From contig NC_135817.1 of assembly GCF_964213995.1 (NCBI RefSeq), positions 53,134,001-53,198,000 on the forward strand: DNA of 64,000 nucleotides, given 5' to 3'. A model generated the notes under the pieces. It was not told the origin of the DNA and did no database searches. It saw nothing but the letters and a program-made list of their open reading frames with translations. The first letter of the stretch is position 1; each line of letters opens with the position of its first letter. This stretch comes from Mustelus asterias (Eukaryota). This document shows positions 1 to 11,890 of the stretch, piece by piece. The position numbers and the translations under genes were made by a program.

Positions 1-1
1 T

Positions 2-2530
2 GGCCTGGGCCTCCTTCTCCACCGCTGAATGCCGAATTTCGGGACCTTGAAGGGTGCAGGAAAAAAACGCGACGGGCCTGCTTGCCTGGTTCAGTGTGGC
101 GGCCAGGGCGAAATCAGATGCATCACTTTCCACCTGAAAAGGGATGGATTCATCCACCGCGTGCATCGTGGCTTTCGCAATGTCGCTTTTCAAAGCCTTG
201 AAGGCCAATTGGGCCTCTGGCGTGAGCGGAAAAGTTGTGGACTTGATGAGCGGACGGGCTTTGTCCGCGTAGTTGGGGACCCACTGCGCATAATAAGAGA
301 AGAAGCCGAGGCATCTCCTTAGTGCTTTTGCGCTAGCGGGCAAGGGAAGTTCAGTAAGGGGGCGCATACGGTCTGGATCAGGGCCAATGACCCCGTTTTC
401 CACCACGTATTCCAGGATAGCTAACCTGCGCGTACGGAATACACACTTCTCCCTGTTATAGGTCAGATTCAGGCGAGACGCAGTGCGCAAAAGGTTCTGG
501 AGGTTTGTGTCATGGTCCTGCTGGTCATGGCCGCAGATGGTGACATTATCCAGGTACGGGAAGGTAGCCCGCAACCCGTTCTGGTCCACCATTCGGTCCA
601 TAGCACGCTGGAAGACCGAGACCCCATTGGTGACACCAAATGGAACCCTAAGAAACTGATACAGACGACCATCCGCCTCAAAAGCCGTGTATTGTCGGTC
701 CTCTGGGCGGATGGGGAGTTGGTGGTAGGCGGACTTAAGGTCTATGGTGGAGAACACCCGGTACTGCGCAATCTGATTGACCATATCAGATATGCGCGGG
801 AGAGGATACGCATCCAGCTGCGTATAACGATTAATGGTCTGACTGTAGTCGATGACCATCCGGGGTTTGTTCCCGCTTTTAACCACCACGACCTGTGCTC
901 TCCACGGACTAACGCTGGACTGTATGATCCCTTCTTTGAGGAGCCGCTGAACCTCAGATCTGATGAAGATCCGGTCTTCAGCCCTGTAACGCCTACTTTT
1001 AGTAGCGATGGGCTTGCAGCCTGGTACCAGATTCTTAAATAGAGAGGGTGTGGTGATCTTTAGTGTGGAAAGATTGCATGCGGGGCGCTTTGGACGATTT
1101 GGAGGCTGCGGCTGATTCCCTACTGCCAGCGAAGGGAGTGGCCCACCGTACTGTAGGATCACACTCTTCATGTGGACCATAAAGTTTAGTCCGAGGAGAA
1201 TTGGCGCGCAAAGATGCGGCAACACAAGGAGCCTGTATCGCTCGTAAATTGTGCCCTGCACCTCCAGAGTTACCACACAATGTCCTTGGATCGGTACAGA
1301 CCGGGACCGTGATGCCATAGAAATTGTCTGTTTGGCAGGTAGAACCCGGAGTCCACACCTCTTTGCAGTGTCAGGGTGAATAAAACTCTCGGTGCTCCCA
1401 CTGTCAAACAGACAATACACAGTACGACCATTTACCTTGATGGTCATCATTGAACAGTCAAGTCTGTGATGCTTAGCCTGGTCCAGGGTGATCGACGCCA
1501 CCGTTGGCCCTTGGACGTCACTGCAGGCAGCCGAGGTTGATGCTGAGGACCCCTGCTGGTCGCTCCTGGTCGTCGTCGACCAAGATGGCCGCCCCCATGA
1601 ATCGCACGTGGGTGAGGGCGCCAAGCGTAGCGACTCCTGGTGGTCATCCTCCTCCTCCGCCAGCCACAATGGCGTCGTCCTGGGCTCGCACGTGGTCGGA
1701 CCTCGTGGGTACTGCAACGCCGATGGAGATTGTCTCCGTTCTGGAGGGTCACAGGCTGCACTGCCGTTCTTGGGCTTCGATCTGCAGACTTTCGCGTAGT
1801 GCCCCTTTTTACCGCACTGACTGCAGATCACCGTTTTAGCTGGACACTGTTGCCGTGGATGCTTGGCTCCTCCGCAAAAATAGCACCGCGGGCCGCCTGG
1901 GGCTGCCGCCGTCGTCGGGTCGATATGGGAGCGCGAGCCCGTGGGGCGAGGAGGGATTTGTGACTGCTCCTGCCACGTTGTCTCCACGTGGTCTTCTGGA
2001 TACAGGGCCAAGCTTTTCGACGCCGCCTCCAGCATCTCAGCCATCTCCATCGCTTGGGTCAGGTTGAGATTCCCCTTCTCCAACAGCTTAAGCCGGATGT
2101 ACGAAGACCCGACCCCTGCTACAAACGCATCTCGGGCGAGGTCGTACATGTACTGCTCAGCCGACACAGCTTTGCAGTCGCAGCCCCTGGCAAGCTGCAA
2201 GAGCTCATTGGCGTAGTCCTCCATGGTTTCGCCCGACTGCCGACGTCGTGTAGCGAGGAGGTAACGAGCGTGGATCTCGTTGGGTGGTCTCGTGTATCGC
2301 TTTTTCAAGAGCTTGAGGGCCCTCAGGTAAGTGGTGGCCGCACGAATCGCGAGGTAGACAGTGTCGCTTACCCTCGCATGGAGGACCTGGAGTCTGTCGT
2401 TATCCGTAGTAACTGCTGCAGAGGCTGCCAGGTAGTCCTCGAAACACTTCAGCCAGTGGTCGAAGGTGTTAGAGGCGCCGACCGCACGTGGGTCAAGCGT
2501 CAGACGCTCTGGTTTCAGCATTTGCTCCAT
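2..2530 (-). CDS. Gypsy (Ty3/Metaviridae) LTR-retrotransposon gag-pol polyprotein, partial (runs off window start)
   Basis: ATG at 2530 (MEQMLKPERLTLDP..). Motifs: two Cys/His knuckles (CYFCGGAKHPRQQC, CSQCGKKGHYAKVC), protease LFDSGST (~1405), RT FPYLDNVT (~556), LRRCLGFFSYY (~322), RNase H PFQVESDASDF..RPVAFFSR. Protease and RT motifs checked as in frame with the ATG. Absent from the ORF track, consistent with no stop before the window edge. Confidence 0.93.
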   Translation of the reverse strand, partial: MEQMLKPERLTLDPRAVGASNTFDHWLKCFEDYLAASAAVTTDNDRLQVLHARVSDTVYLAIRAATTYLRALKLLKKRYTRPPNEIHARYLLATRRRQSGETMEDYANELLQLARGCDCKAVSAEQYMYDLARDAFVAGVGSSYIRLKLLEKGNLNLTQAMEMAEMLEAASKSLALYPEDHVETTWQEQSQIPPRPTGSRSHIDPTTAAAPGGPRCYFCGGAKHPRQQCPAKTVICSQCGKKGHYAKVCRSKPKNGSAACDPPERRQSPSALQYPRGPTTCEPRTTPLWLAEEEDDHQESLRLAPSPTCDSWGRPSWSTTTRSDQQGSSASTSAACSDVQGPTVASITLDQAKHHRLDCSMMTIKVNGRTVYCLFDSGSTESFIHPDTAKRCGLRVLPAKQTISMASRSRSVPIQGHCVVTLEVQGTIYERYRLLVLPHLCAPILLGLNFMVHMKSVILQYGGPLPSLAVGNQPQPPNRPKRPACNLSTLKITTPSLFKNLVPGCKPIATKSRRYRAEDRIFIRSEVQRLLKEGIIQSSVSPWRAQVVVVKSGNKPRMVIDYSQTINRYTQLDAYPLPRISDMVNQIAQYRVFSTIDLKSAYHQLPIRPEDRQYTAFEADGRLYQFLRVPFGVTNGVSVFQRAMDRMVDQNGLRATFPYLDNVTICGHDQQDHDTNLQNLLRTASRLNLTYNREKCVFRTRRLAILEYVVENGVIGPDPDRMRPLTELPLPASAKALRRCLGFFSYYAQWVPNYADKARPLIKSTTFPLTPEAQLAFKALKSDIAKATMHAVDESIPFQVESDASDFALAATLNQASRPVAFFSCTLQGPEIRHSAVEKEAQA

Positions 2531-2571
2531 ACTCTCTTTACTGTCGAGAGTTTCGTGTTTGTCAATAAAAT

Positions 2572-2889
2572 TGATGCGCGACAATCAAGCACGAAGTACA
2601 AGGCTTCAGCGATTGAAGGCTTTTATTGACAAACAATGGAACTATTTAAACACGAGTACACCATTCCAGACTGGAGGGGTCCCGCCTGAGCAGAGGGTCT
2701 TATACCTCTCCCAGGAGGCGGGGCCCGACCGGGATGTGCCATAACAGCATCCACCACAGGTATATTAATCCCACAGTGTAAACACCCTAGCCCAACAACA
2801 ACATTATAACAACCCCACAGTGTCAAAACCCTAACCCAACAGCAACATTGGAATAACCCCACAGTGGTAACCAACGATGGTTCACCACA
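2572..2889 (-). mobile_element. 5' LTR of the Gypsy element (~318 bp)
   Basis: On - strand begins TGTGGTGAAC and ends CGCGCATCA (TG..CA); TATAA at 2704-2700, AATAAA near 2627-2622; ~44-bp imperfect tandem repeats in U3 (~2780-2866); lies just upstream of the gag ATG. Confidence 0.85.
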
Positions 2890-3043
2890 GTACTTAAGTC
2901 ATTTTCATTGGGAGGAGTGATGCTGTTGCTTTTGTTCACACGTTTGTTCAATATTAGGAGTGCTGCTGGAGAGCTGGGTTCTCATATCAGTCACACACAC
3001 ATTCACTCTCTCTCACACACTATCTCTCAGACACACTCACTAT

Positions 3044-3814
3044 GGGTGATTCTCCCAGCCCGCTGCGCTGCTCAAGCAGCAGACCCGGGACTGAAGTCTC
3101 CGAGTCTGCTAGCCTTCCCCGCCCCCTGCCCCCTGCCAGAAGTGGTTCACTCCAGCGGGGTTTACAACAGCTCCCCACGAATGGGGAGCTGGCAACCCGA
3201 TCCCGCTGGAGTGAAGGGAGGCCATGGAGACCACACGCCCCCCCCTCCCCAGGAGGTCAGGGGTAAGGGGGTGGTGCCCCCTGGGTAATGCCAACCTGCA
3301 TGGGGAGTCCCACTGTCATTCTGCACTTGGGATCGGTGGCAATAGGGAGGGCAGGGGCTGATCGGGACTGGGCATCAGTGGGGGGTGGGGGGAGGGTTCG
3401 GGGAGAGGGGGTGGGGGGTTGGGGGGGAGATCAGGCTAGCCCGGACAGGTCCGGGAACCCAGCAATCGGGAGATGGGGGGGGGGTCGCATGGCCAGTGAT
3501 GGAGGGTTGCTGTGCTGGCCAGCGATCGAGCTGGCCAGCAACCGGGAAGCCAGCATTGTGGGGCTACTGCACATGCGCCGATCTCAGCACTGACAGATTG
3601 GCGTATGTGCACTGGCCCGCTCAGCGCTATGCTGCTGCCCTCTCCAGTGGGAATAGGCCCCTCCCACTGTTGTTCAACATGAATCTCCCTGAGACACTCT
3701 GCAGTGCACAGACTGCGAGATTCATTTTGAAAATCCAGCCTACAAAAAACAGCAGGAGATGCTCCAGTTTTAACGCAAATTCGGCACTTAGATATTTTTG
3801 GGAGAATCCCGGCC
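3044..3814 (-). mobile_element. Harbinger-type MITE / non-autonomous DNA transposon (related to 36159 and 42150 copies)
   Basis: Ends GGGTGATTCTCCCA..TGGGAGAATCCCGGCC; internal sequence matches the reverse complement of the 36159/42150 copies; sits in a (TC)n/(CA)n tract. Confidence 0.7.
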
Positions 3815-3882
3815 ACTCTCTCTCTCTCTCTCTCCCACACACACACACACTCCCTTGCACACACTCTCTCTCTCTCTCTCTC

Positions 3883-4203
3883 TCATAGAATCATAGAATC
3901 CCTACACTGCTGAAAGAGGGCATTCAGCTCATCGAGTCTGCACCGACCACAATCCCATCCAGGCCCTATCGCTGTAACCCCACGTATTTACCCCTGATAG
4001 TCTGCCTGACACTTAATGAGCAATTCAACATGGCCAATCCACCTAACCCACACATCTTTGGACTGTGGAAGGAAACCGGAGCATCTGGAGGAAACCCACA
4101 CAGACACAGGGAGAATGTGCAAACTCCACACAGACAGTGACCCAAGCCAGAAATTGAACCCGGGTCCCTGGCGCTTTGAGGCAGCAGTGCTAACACTGAG
4201 ACA
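3883..4203 (-). mobile_element. HE1-type tRNA-derived V-SINE
   Basis: Reverse complement of tRNA-like head (TTAGCACTGCTGCCTCA..GGGTTCAATT), V-domain GTGTGGAGTTTGCACATTCTCC and (TTCTATGA)n tail. Confidence 0.9.
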
Positions 4204-4394
4204 CTGATTATACTTTGTCCAGTCAGAAGCTAGCTTCTCATTGTATTGGCGGTTGATAGGCTCACTAGTCAACGGGGTTTCCTGTTGAATGCACCCCTCA
4301 GTGTTAGGAAACCCGCAGCGGAGGTGGGCCGATGGCAGGACTGGAAGATCCTGCCAGTGTGAATAGCCAGGAAGATGTGGCCACAGTGTAAAAG

Positions 4395-4612
4395 TAACAG
4401 GTCTCCCGTTTAAGATGGAGATGAGGAGAACATTTTATTCTGAGAGTCAGGTGGAATTCTCTTCCACAGAGAACAGTGGAGTCAGGATCGCTGTATATTT
4501 TTAAGGCTGAGTTAAATAGATCATTGACTAATAAGGGAGCCAAAGGTTGTAATGGGTAGACAGGAAAGCAAGTTTGAGGCCAAAATCAGATCAGCCATGA
4601 TCTTATCAAATG
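4395..4612 (+). mobile_element. CR1 LINE 3' fragment
   Basis: Decayed ORF2 C-terminus (RRTFYSLRV..WNSLPQ) followed by the 3' UTR ATCAGCCATGATC motif. Confidence 0.7.
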
Positions 4613-4816
4613 ACAAAATCTGAACTTATCTCAGCAGGGTGTACTGAATTCAGTTCGATTGACAGCTTAAAAGAACATTGAAGACTTTTGAACTGAAGTT
4701 TGTTTTTATGAGAGATTAACCACTTGAGATTTCAAAAATTCATGAATTGGAGCCAAGTCTGTATAGTGGGAGCAATATTAGATTTTTAGAAGTTTACTTT
4801 TTTTTATCTCCACAAG

Positions 4817-5254
4817 TAAGTAGTCTCACAACACCAGGTTAAAGTCCAACAGGTTTATTTGGTAGCATGCGCTTTCGGAGCACTGCTCCTTCATCAGCTG
4901 AGTGCAGGATTTGTTTCACAAAGCGGGCATATATAGACACAAACACAATTACAAGATAATGGTTGGAATGCGAGTCTTTACAAGTAATCAAGTCTTTACA
5001 GGTGCAGACAATGCAAGTGGAAAGAGGGTTAAACACAGGTTAAAGAGGAGTGTATAGTCTCAAGCCAGGACAGTTAGTGAGATTTTGCAAGCCCAGGCCA
5101 GTCGTGGGGGTTACAGATAGTGTGACATGAACTCAAGATCCCGGTTGAGGCCGTCCTCATGTGAGCGGAACTTGGCTATCAGTCTCTGCTCAGCGACTCT
5201 GCGATTCTACTTACTGTGCCTACCCCAGTACAATGCCAGCATCTCCACATCATC
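4817..5254 (-). mobile_element. Penelope-like element 3' fragment with short inverted terminal piece
   Basis: - strand encodes a GIY-YIG C-terminus (EQRLIAKFRSHEDGLNRDLEFMSHYL*) then a 3' UTR with a mutated hammerhead motif (~4866-4900); 11-bp TSD ATCTCCACAAG at 4806-4816 and 5255-5265. Confidence 0.85.
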
Positions 5255-6245
5255 ATCTCCACAAGGCTCCTGAGGACTGTCCATGGTGAATATTGGGTGA
5301 GTTGGCATGAAAGATTTGAGGATCCATGGGGTGAGGGAATGAGGGCTACAGGGCCTTCAATCTTCTAAAATAACTGGGACCAAATCCTAGGGAAGTGAGG
5401 CAGGCCTTCTAACCAGCCTACCTCTGTATCTGCCCGCCACCATATCCTCCTTTGGTTCCAGGGTCAATGGGACTGACTTCATCCTGTCCCTGCCCACTGC
5501 AGAATGAAAATGCCACAAAACCAAGGAGGATTTTGAGGTGAGCTACCTGGCTGGTTAGCCAAATTCCTGCCCTAAGACTGAATCTGATCCAGATGGAAAT
5601 GTCTATTTCTAACTGTCCAGTATGTCAACCAATGACCATGGCTTGAAAGGCATAGAGGGTCTCGGCCGATGACTTTTGGTTTACATTTAGAATACGCAAA
5701 TAGATCTCTTGGTGCTTTGTTTGTGTGTTTGTTCAGTCAATAGCTGTGCCACACAGGCCAGATCTTGTAGTACATGCAAAGTTTCAGAGTGGTTCTGTAT
5801 GTGCTGTTAGGAGGACTCCACCTGCAGTGTCCTGTCTGGCATTGATATAAGTGTCGGCATCAATGTTTGAAACTTTAGAAATAAAGGACTTGACTGCAGC
5901 TGATTCAAAACCCACCCACTTGCACAATGTGTTTTTAACAGCTAGATTCTCAAAATCTCTTCACTCAAGACACAATACTACCTGACCTTCCTTCTGTCAA
6001 TGTTGTCTTTCTAGTTCCACCAGTTGTGTCTCCTGCTCAGTTGCATTCGTTCTGCGTACCTCCACACTCCCTCTGGAGTTCTTTAGCTCCCTTGATGTAA
6101 ACCCTCACTGCGTTTAGATGGTTGGTGCTCAGAAGTGCTGCCAAAGCTGGATGTGTTGGAACTTGCTTGCTCGTTCTCAGCAACATTAAGAAATAAAAAA
6201 GAAACAATGAGGCTTAAATGGTTTTGTCGCGAATAAAGTTCACAT

Positions 6246-6372
6246 AGTCATAGAGGTTTACAGCATGGAAACAGGCCCTTCGGCTAAACCTGCCCGTGCC
6301 GCCCAGTTTTTACCACTAAGCTAGTCGCAATTGCCCACGTTTGGCCCATATCCCTCTATACCAATCTTACCC
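6246..6372 (-). mobile_element. CR1 3' UTR fragment
   Basis: ACAGCATGGAAACAGGCCCTTCGG motif; same family as 43447-43652. Confidence 0.65.
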
Positions 6373-9300
6373 AAATGCCATCTAACGTACAATAGTGGGA
6401 ATTGCCTGAGGCTCTCATGATGTGGTTTGCTGACAGTTAAAGTGGGCCACAATAGGATGAGAATGAAAAGAAGCAGGTTTTTATTCTGAACCCACAGCTG
6501 CCACGTCCCCTTTTAATTCCCAGTCTCTGAAACCCAGTATGGGCTCCCTTGTAATGAATTGCTGCACTTTTAGCATATCAAATATGATAGTGCAGGGTTG
6601 CCATCTGTTGCAGTTCACTGTAGCATTATGTGTAGACTGCATCTTTAAAAAGAATGGAAAAGGTTCTAATTCTCCTTTATTATTATAATATGCAGTGAAA
6701 CACAGGTCTTGTAATTTGAAGATAGGTGCACACAAGCAATAGCATTTCATTCAGGTGTTTGCAGAGTGCATGTGATTGAGTTAAAGAGAAATTGTTGGTT
6801 ATGGTTGGGGCTGTCATGTACTGCTTCACCTCGTGGACATTTATAGGTTATGAAAACGGTTTTTAGAGTGAGGTGGAGAAATCATTGTGAGTGATGGTCA
6901 TGCATATTACAATACATTCTTGGAAGATCTTAGAGCCTTCTTTTATTTGGTCAATGGACTAAAGCTATCAACCTCAGAAAAGACTTGGTTGACTGGCATG
7001 TTGTAGAGTTGATATTCATTGCTTTTCCAATCTCCAACCATTTCTTGAGCGAAACTATCCTGGGAACCTGCAGCACTCAACATCAAAATGTTATTGCCTA
7101 CCTATGTCTTATTTTATGTAACAGCATTTCTACTTTCCCATTTTATATGACGGGTATAATTGCCATGCTAACCAAATCCCAAAAGGAAACTTGGACATGT
7201 TACCATGACGATTTTCAATTCATATTTTACTATGAGAGGATACGTGTGCTGAAGTCAGGAATTGCAAATTCCAATTCCACTTTTGGAGGTTTTAAATAGT
7301 AAATGAAAACATTTATTAACAAAAGAAAAGACTATTTAAATTCACGATTACATTTACACAGCTAACATTAACCTTGCAAAATCTATATCCAAAAAGATTT
7401 TTACTTGGTTAGACTCACAAGTAAACACCCCTTCAGGCAACAATCCCTATGGATATTTAATCTATACAAATTCCAGTTATATTACCAAAATGCATCCAGT
7501 GCTGCCAAAGGGAAGATGCATCACAGAGCTTCTCTCTCTCGCACTCTCTCCCACTCTATGCTAGGGAGAATTCCGAAAGCTTTAGAACAAAACCCTGCTT
7601 TCTGGAGACAAAATGCACTCTTGTGAGTGGCTGAAGACTGCTTCATTTCACAGTTCTGACCCAGTACAGAACAGCGTCCAGCATTAAATGGCCATTCCCC
7701 TCAACAGAGCTCTGAGTTGTGTTTAAATGTTTTTCATCTTTAAAACCATTGTTCACAACATCTCTCTGAATTTAACTGTCTTCAAAATGTAAAAACCTTT
7801 CATATTCTCTACTGCCCCCACTCTTGGGTAAATTTTAAAACTTAATAACCTTCCCCAATTTTACTTATGACCTTTCCTTATGTTGTAAGCTCCGCCTTCT
7901 TCCTTTTGAAATTCAACTGCTAAAAATCCAAACTCTCACTTATCTCCTAATGCAAATTTCTACCCTTATTGTGTTTACTTGTAGGACAACCACCTTGGTC
8001 CTTTTCACTTCAGAGGTCTGCTTTTCATACTTCGCCCCTTTGATGGTCTCAATTCCGCAGACACTCAAATCCACAGCTTAATTTAGTTATTCACACACAC
8101 ACAGGGCAACACAATATCATCAAAAATATTTAAATAATAATATTTTCGTTTCACCCAACAAAGGACAACAAGGCTCTTTACCCTCCTGAAAATCTGGCCA
8201 TCTTTCTGTAAGATCATACATTTAACTGAACAGATGAAGTAATGATGGTCCCTATCCCTTTAAGTTGCAGTATACATCTAAATCCTAGAGCTTTGCTATT
8301 GCTTGCCCTGAACTGGACGGAATCGCAGAAAAAGGTTTATCTGACGCTGACCATTTCTGAGACTAACTTTGGAAATGATAGCAATGTTGGCACTCATCAC
8401 CTTGGTCAGATGGACTGTCAGCCCGCTCTCCTTCTAGTTGGGCACAGACCCAATCAGAAAATCCAAGCGGAAAGGCCTGTTACAGAGAAATGTCTCACAG
8501 CTCTTTAAACCCTGTTCAATCAACCATGCAGCTTCGAAATTTGGAAAGCAGGCTTGATTTGGGCATTTGCTTCATTTATATTTTTCTTTAGCAAATTACT
8601 CAGCTGCGCTTGAAGTTAATGGAATGTCACCCAAGATCACTGCCGGATGTGCGTGACTTTCTGTAACAGTGATTTCTTGGAGAAAGAAATTCAGGATCGC
8701 AGCTGTGCATAACTCACTTCATTCCCAACTGCAGTGTTTTCACTGTAGTTCAGCATCAGGATTAACATCAGCAATTGAATACGCTCTCAATTATTTATAC
8801 AGTCTAATTTGTGAGGCATTCTGGAGTGCTATTTGTGGACAAGGTGTTGATGTTGTACATAGAATATGTATTAAAGAGTTACTGATCATTAATTTGCATT
8901 ATTAGGTAATTTGTTCTATTTTAATCACTCAACAGTGTTTTATTGAAAACAAGGTTTTGTAGCATTAATGGAGGGGGGAGGGGGGCGAAAAGGAACAAAT
9001 AAATGGAGGTAATGAACATTAGATAGAATCTAAAATGGACCATTTAATTTACTGCCACTAAATATCTGTCATTTCAAATGCCTTCATATGTGCAACTGCT
9101 TCACTTCCTTCTCATCCTGTTATACTCTATTTATTATGATGACTTCAGATTTTGCTTTGAGTAAAACAACAGCTCTAATTTATTCTGTGAAGGCAGTGTT
9201 TTTATTTGGATGATTTCTTGAAGACAAATTCTGCCCATGGCTTTCCATGGCTCTTGATGCCACTCCTGAGAAGACCCAGTGCAACCAAGGAGAAACGTAA

Positions 9301-10296
9301 TGAAGCTCACATGAGTACAGGAGTTCCTGGGGTGCAATTCTAGGGATGCTGAAAGAAGGGTTCTCTGGATAACTCACAGGGGTCCCTCAAGTATGCTCCA
9401 CATGTGATATCACAGATTTTGATAGCCTGTTGCATCTTGCAACACTCTGCAATACAAAAGGACATACAATTTGTCGTGCCGGAGAAGACTGCTGACCCCC
9501 ATGGAGAATGAATATCAGGCTAAGCAAAAGCAAATGAACCAAAACAACTGGAGAGATGTGACTGCTTTATTCAGGACTCATTCACTGAAGTATAAAAGCA
9601 CTGCTTATCAACACACACTTACAAAGAGAATCTTTGTGCTGCACAACAAACCTTTATATGAATTCCATTCAAAACTCTTTAAGAATGGGAGTTAGTAAAG
9701 TGCTCAAAGTCACTATATTAGTAACTACAAAGTATAACATCATATTTACTATTTCCTTAAGGCAGAAAACAGCATGAATCATTCCCCAAACAAAAGAAGC
9801 CATTTACTGTGTGTTTTTTATAATGACGCTTCACTGTATTCTGGTGAACTTCCCATTTTTTTGAAGACCTGTATCAAACGTTCTATTTAAGTGCAACCTG
9901 AGGAACCGGGACTGTGGGTGCGGCTGGCACCTCAGGAAAATCGAGAACCTTGTGGGATGAAGGTGTCCATGAATGCTGAGGTCTGCAGTAGACTGCAATG
10001 GGCTGTGTACTGAACATCAGCTCAGCCAAAGGCTGGCTCTGCTTGGACCATTTCACTTGTGAAGAATTCTTGGGGGAGTCGGGGGCGGGGGGGGGGGGGG
10101 GGGGGGGGGTTGAGGGTTGAGGAGGTGGTTGTAGGACAGTCAATAGCTAAATGTCTGAGAAGCTGTCAAAATCTTGAGATCATCGGCTACTTGCTTAACA
10201 GCAACAATACTTTGAACTCCGCTCAGTAATATCAGGCCCTACTGTCAAAAGTTTAAACCTCTGGATTCTTTGTGCTCTGTGACTAACTTTTTAAAA

Positions 10297-10560
10297 ATTT
10301 ATTCATTCATGGGATGTGGGAATCGCTGCCTGGGCCAGCAGTTATTACCCATCCCTGACAGCATTTAAGAGTCAACCACATTGCTGTGGCTCTGGAGTCA
10401 CATGTAGGCTAGACCAATTAAGGACAGCAGATTTCCTTCCCTAAAGGAGATTAATAAACCAGATTGTTTTTACCATATTTAGCAATGGTTTCATGGTCAT
10501 CATAAGACTTTTAATTCCAAATTTTTATTGAATTCATATTTCACCATTGGCTGTGGTGGG
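10297..10560 (-). mobile_element. tRNA-derived SINE family 2, partial
   Basis: Reverse complement of the body and tail of 11556-11890. Confidence 0.75.
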
Positions 10561-11555
10561 AACATTTCACCATCTATATTACATTGCTGATTGCCAGTCA
10601 CTTTATCTGGACAGGTGAGGGTGTAAGTAATGGGATGGGTGAAAGTCTAAGGCCACTGTCAGCCACTGCCTCACTTCTTGGCTCTTGGCTTCCTAATTCG
10701 GAAAAAACAAAAGGAAAGCTTTCGTTATCAGTTTTCTGCTGCCACTCATTGCTATCTTTATCATCTTTTAGTCATAGTTCTGTCATGCGTGTCTCTGTTT
10801 CCATAACTACAGTCTCCATTAGAAGAATTCTGCATCACAAATTGATTTTGTGCCTCAAAGCCTCCAGGTTTTCCAGCTCCCGAGGAGTTTACTCTTTGGA
10901 TGGGCTTGGCATTTTCCTCTAACTGGGTCACTTGCTTGGCTCACAAGCAGCTTCCACCTGTGACCTGCTGCTCTCTGACAACTCTCTGTGCCAACCTCTA
11001 ATGGAAGAAGAATTCATGAATGTTAAATAGCAGCAGCACTCTTTGATGTTTATCACATTTGACTGTCAGTGTGTAGTGAAATAGAAGGATGTAACATTGG
11101 AGATGAGCTTCAAAGGGCTAGCATGTATTGCAAGATGTGAGGGAATGTTAAACAGAAGGGACTATGACAGACAAGCTGACTCATAGAGAGAACAATATGT
11201 ATTCTTTGTAATCCCAACGATGTTGAATCTCAACTTTGAGCACAGACAGTGTTGCATCTTCTCCGAGGGCATCAGCAAGTTGGCAGTGTATTTAATTGGC
11301 AGGTCACATTCCCTTGCTGTCACAGTGAGGTTGTTAAATTTCTTCCTACATATTCGGGGGTGGAGGGGTGATGGTTCTTGTTATTATGAAGGTGCTGTTA
11401 CTTGCCTTTCCAGCTCCTTCCACGTGACATGGCGAGACTCCATCCCTCCTTTTAGTAAGCACCACTTCCACAGTGTAGTCTACAATGTTTGAAACTCTCA
11501 TATTCTTTTGTAAGGAGCCACCTTCCTCTCCCCTTCATGAACCATATGCAGATAA

Positions 11556-11890
11556 TGGCCTGGTGGTATTATTGCTAGACTATTAATCCAGAAACTCAGC
11601 GAATGTTCTGGGGACCTGGGTTCAAATTTCGCCACAGTAGGTGGTGGAATTTGAATTCCAATTTTAAAAAACTGGAATTAAGAATCTAATGATGACCATA
11701 AAACTATTGTCGATTGTCAGGAAAACCCATCTGGTCACTAATGTTTTAGGGAAGGAAATCTGCCATCCTTACCTGTTCTGGTCTACATGTGACTCCAGAG
11801 CCACAGCAATGTGGTTGACTCTCAACTGCCTTCGGGCAATAAATGCTGGCCAGCCAGGAATGATCATGTCCCATGAATGAATAAAAATAA
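11556..11890 (+). mobile_element. tRNA-derived SINE family 2
   Basis: A-box TGGCCTGGTGG, B-box GGTTCAAAT, body shared with the 10297 and 27575 copies, tail GGGCAATAAATGCTGGCC..CCCATGAATGAATAAAAA. Confidence 0.8.

Noticed and set aside
29-2629. Long + strand ORFs (e.g. 512-1042, 1988-2629)
   Set aside because: Antisense shadows of the GC-rich Gypsy gag-pol; no independent motifs.
10081-10108. Long G/C homopolymers (also ~28727-28751, ~38903-38944, ~53280-53300)
   Set aside because: Simple low-complexity runs of uncertain length; no support for function.
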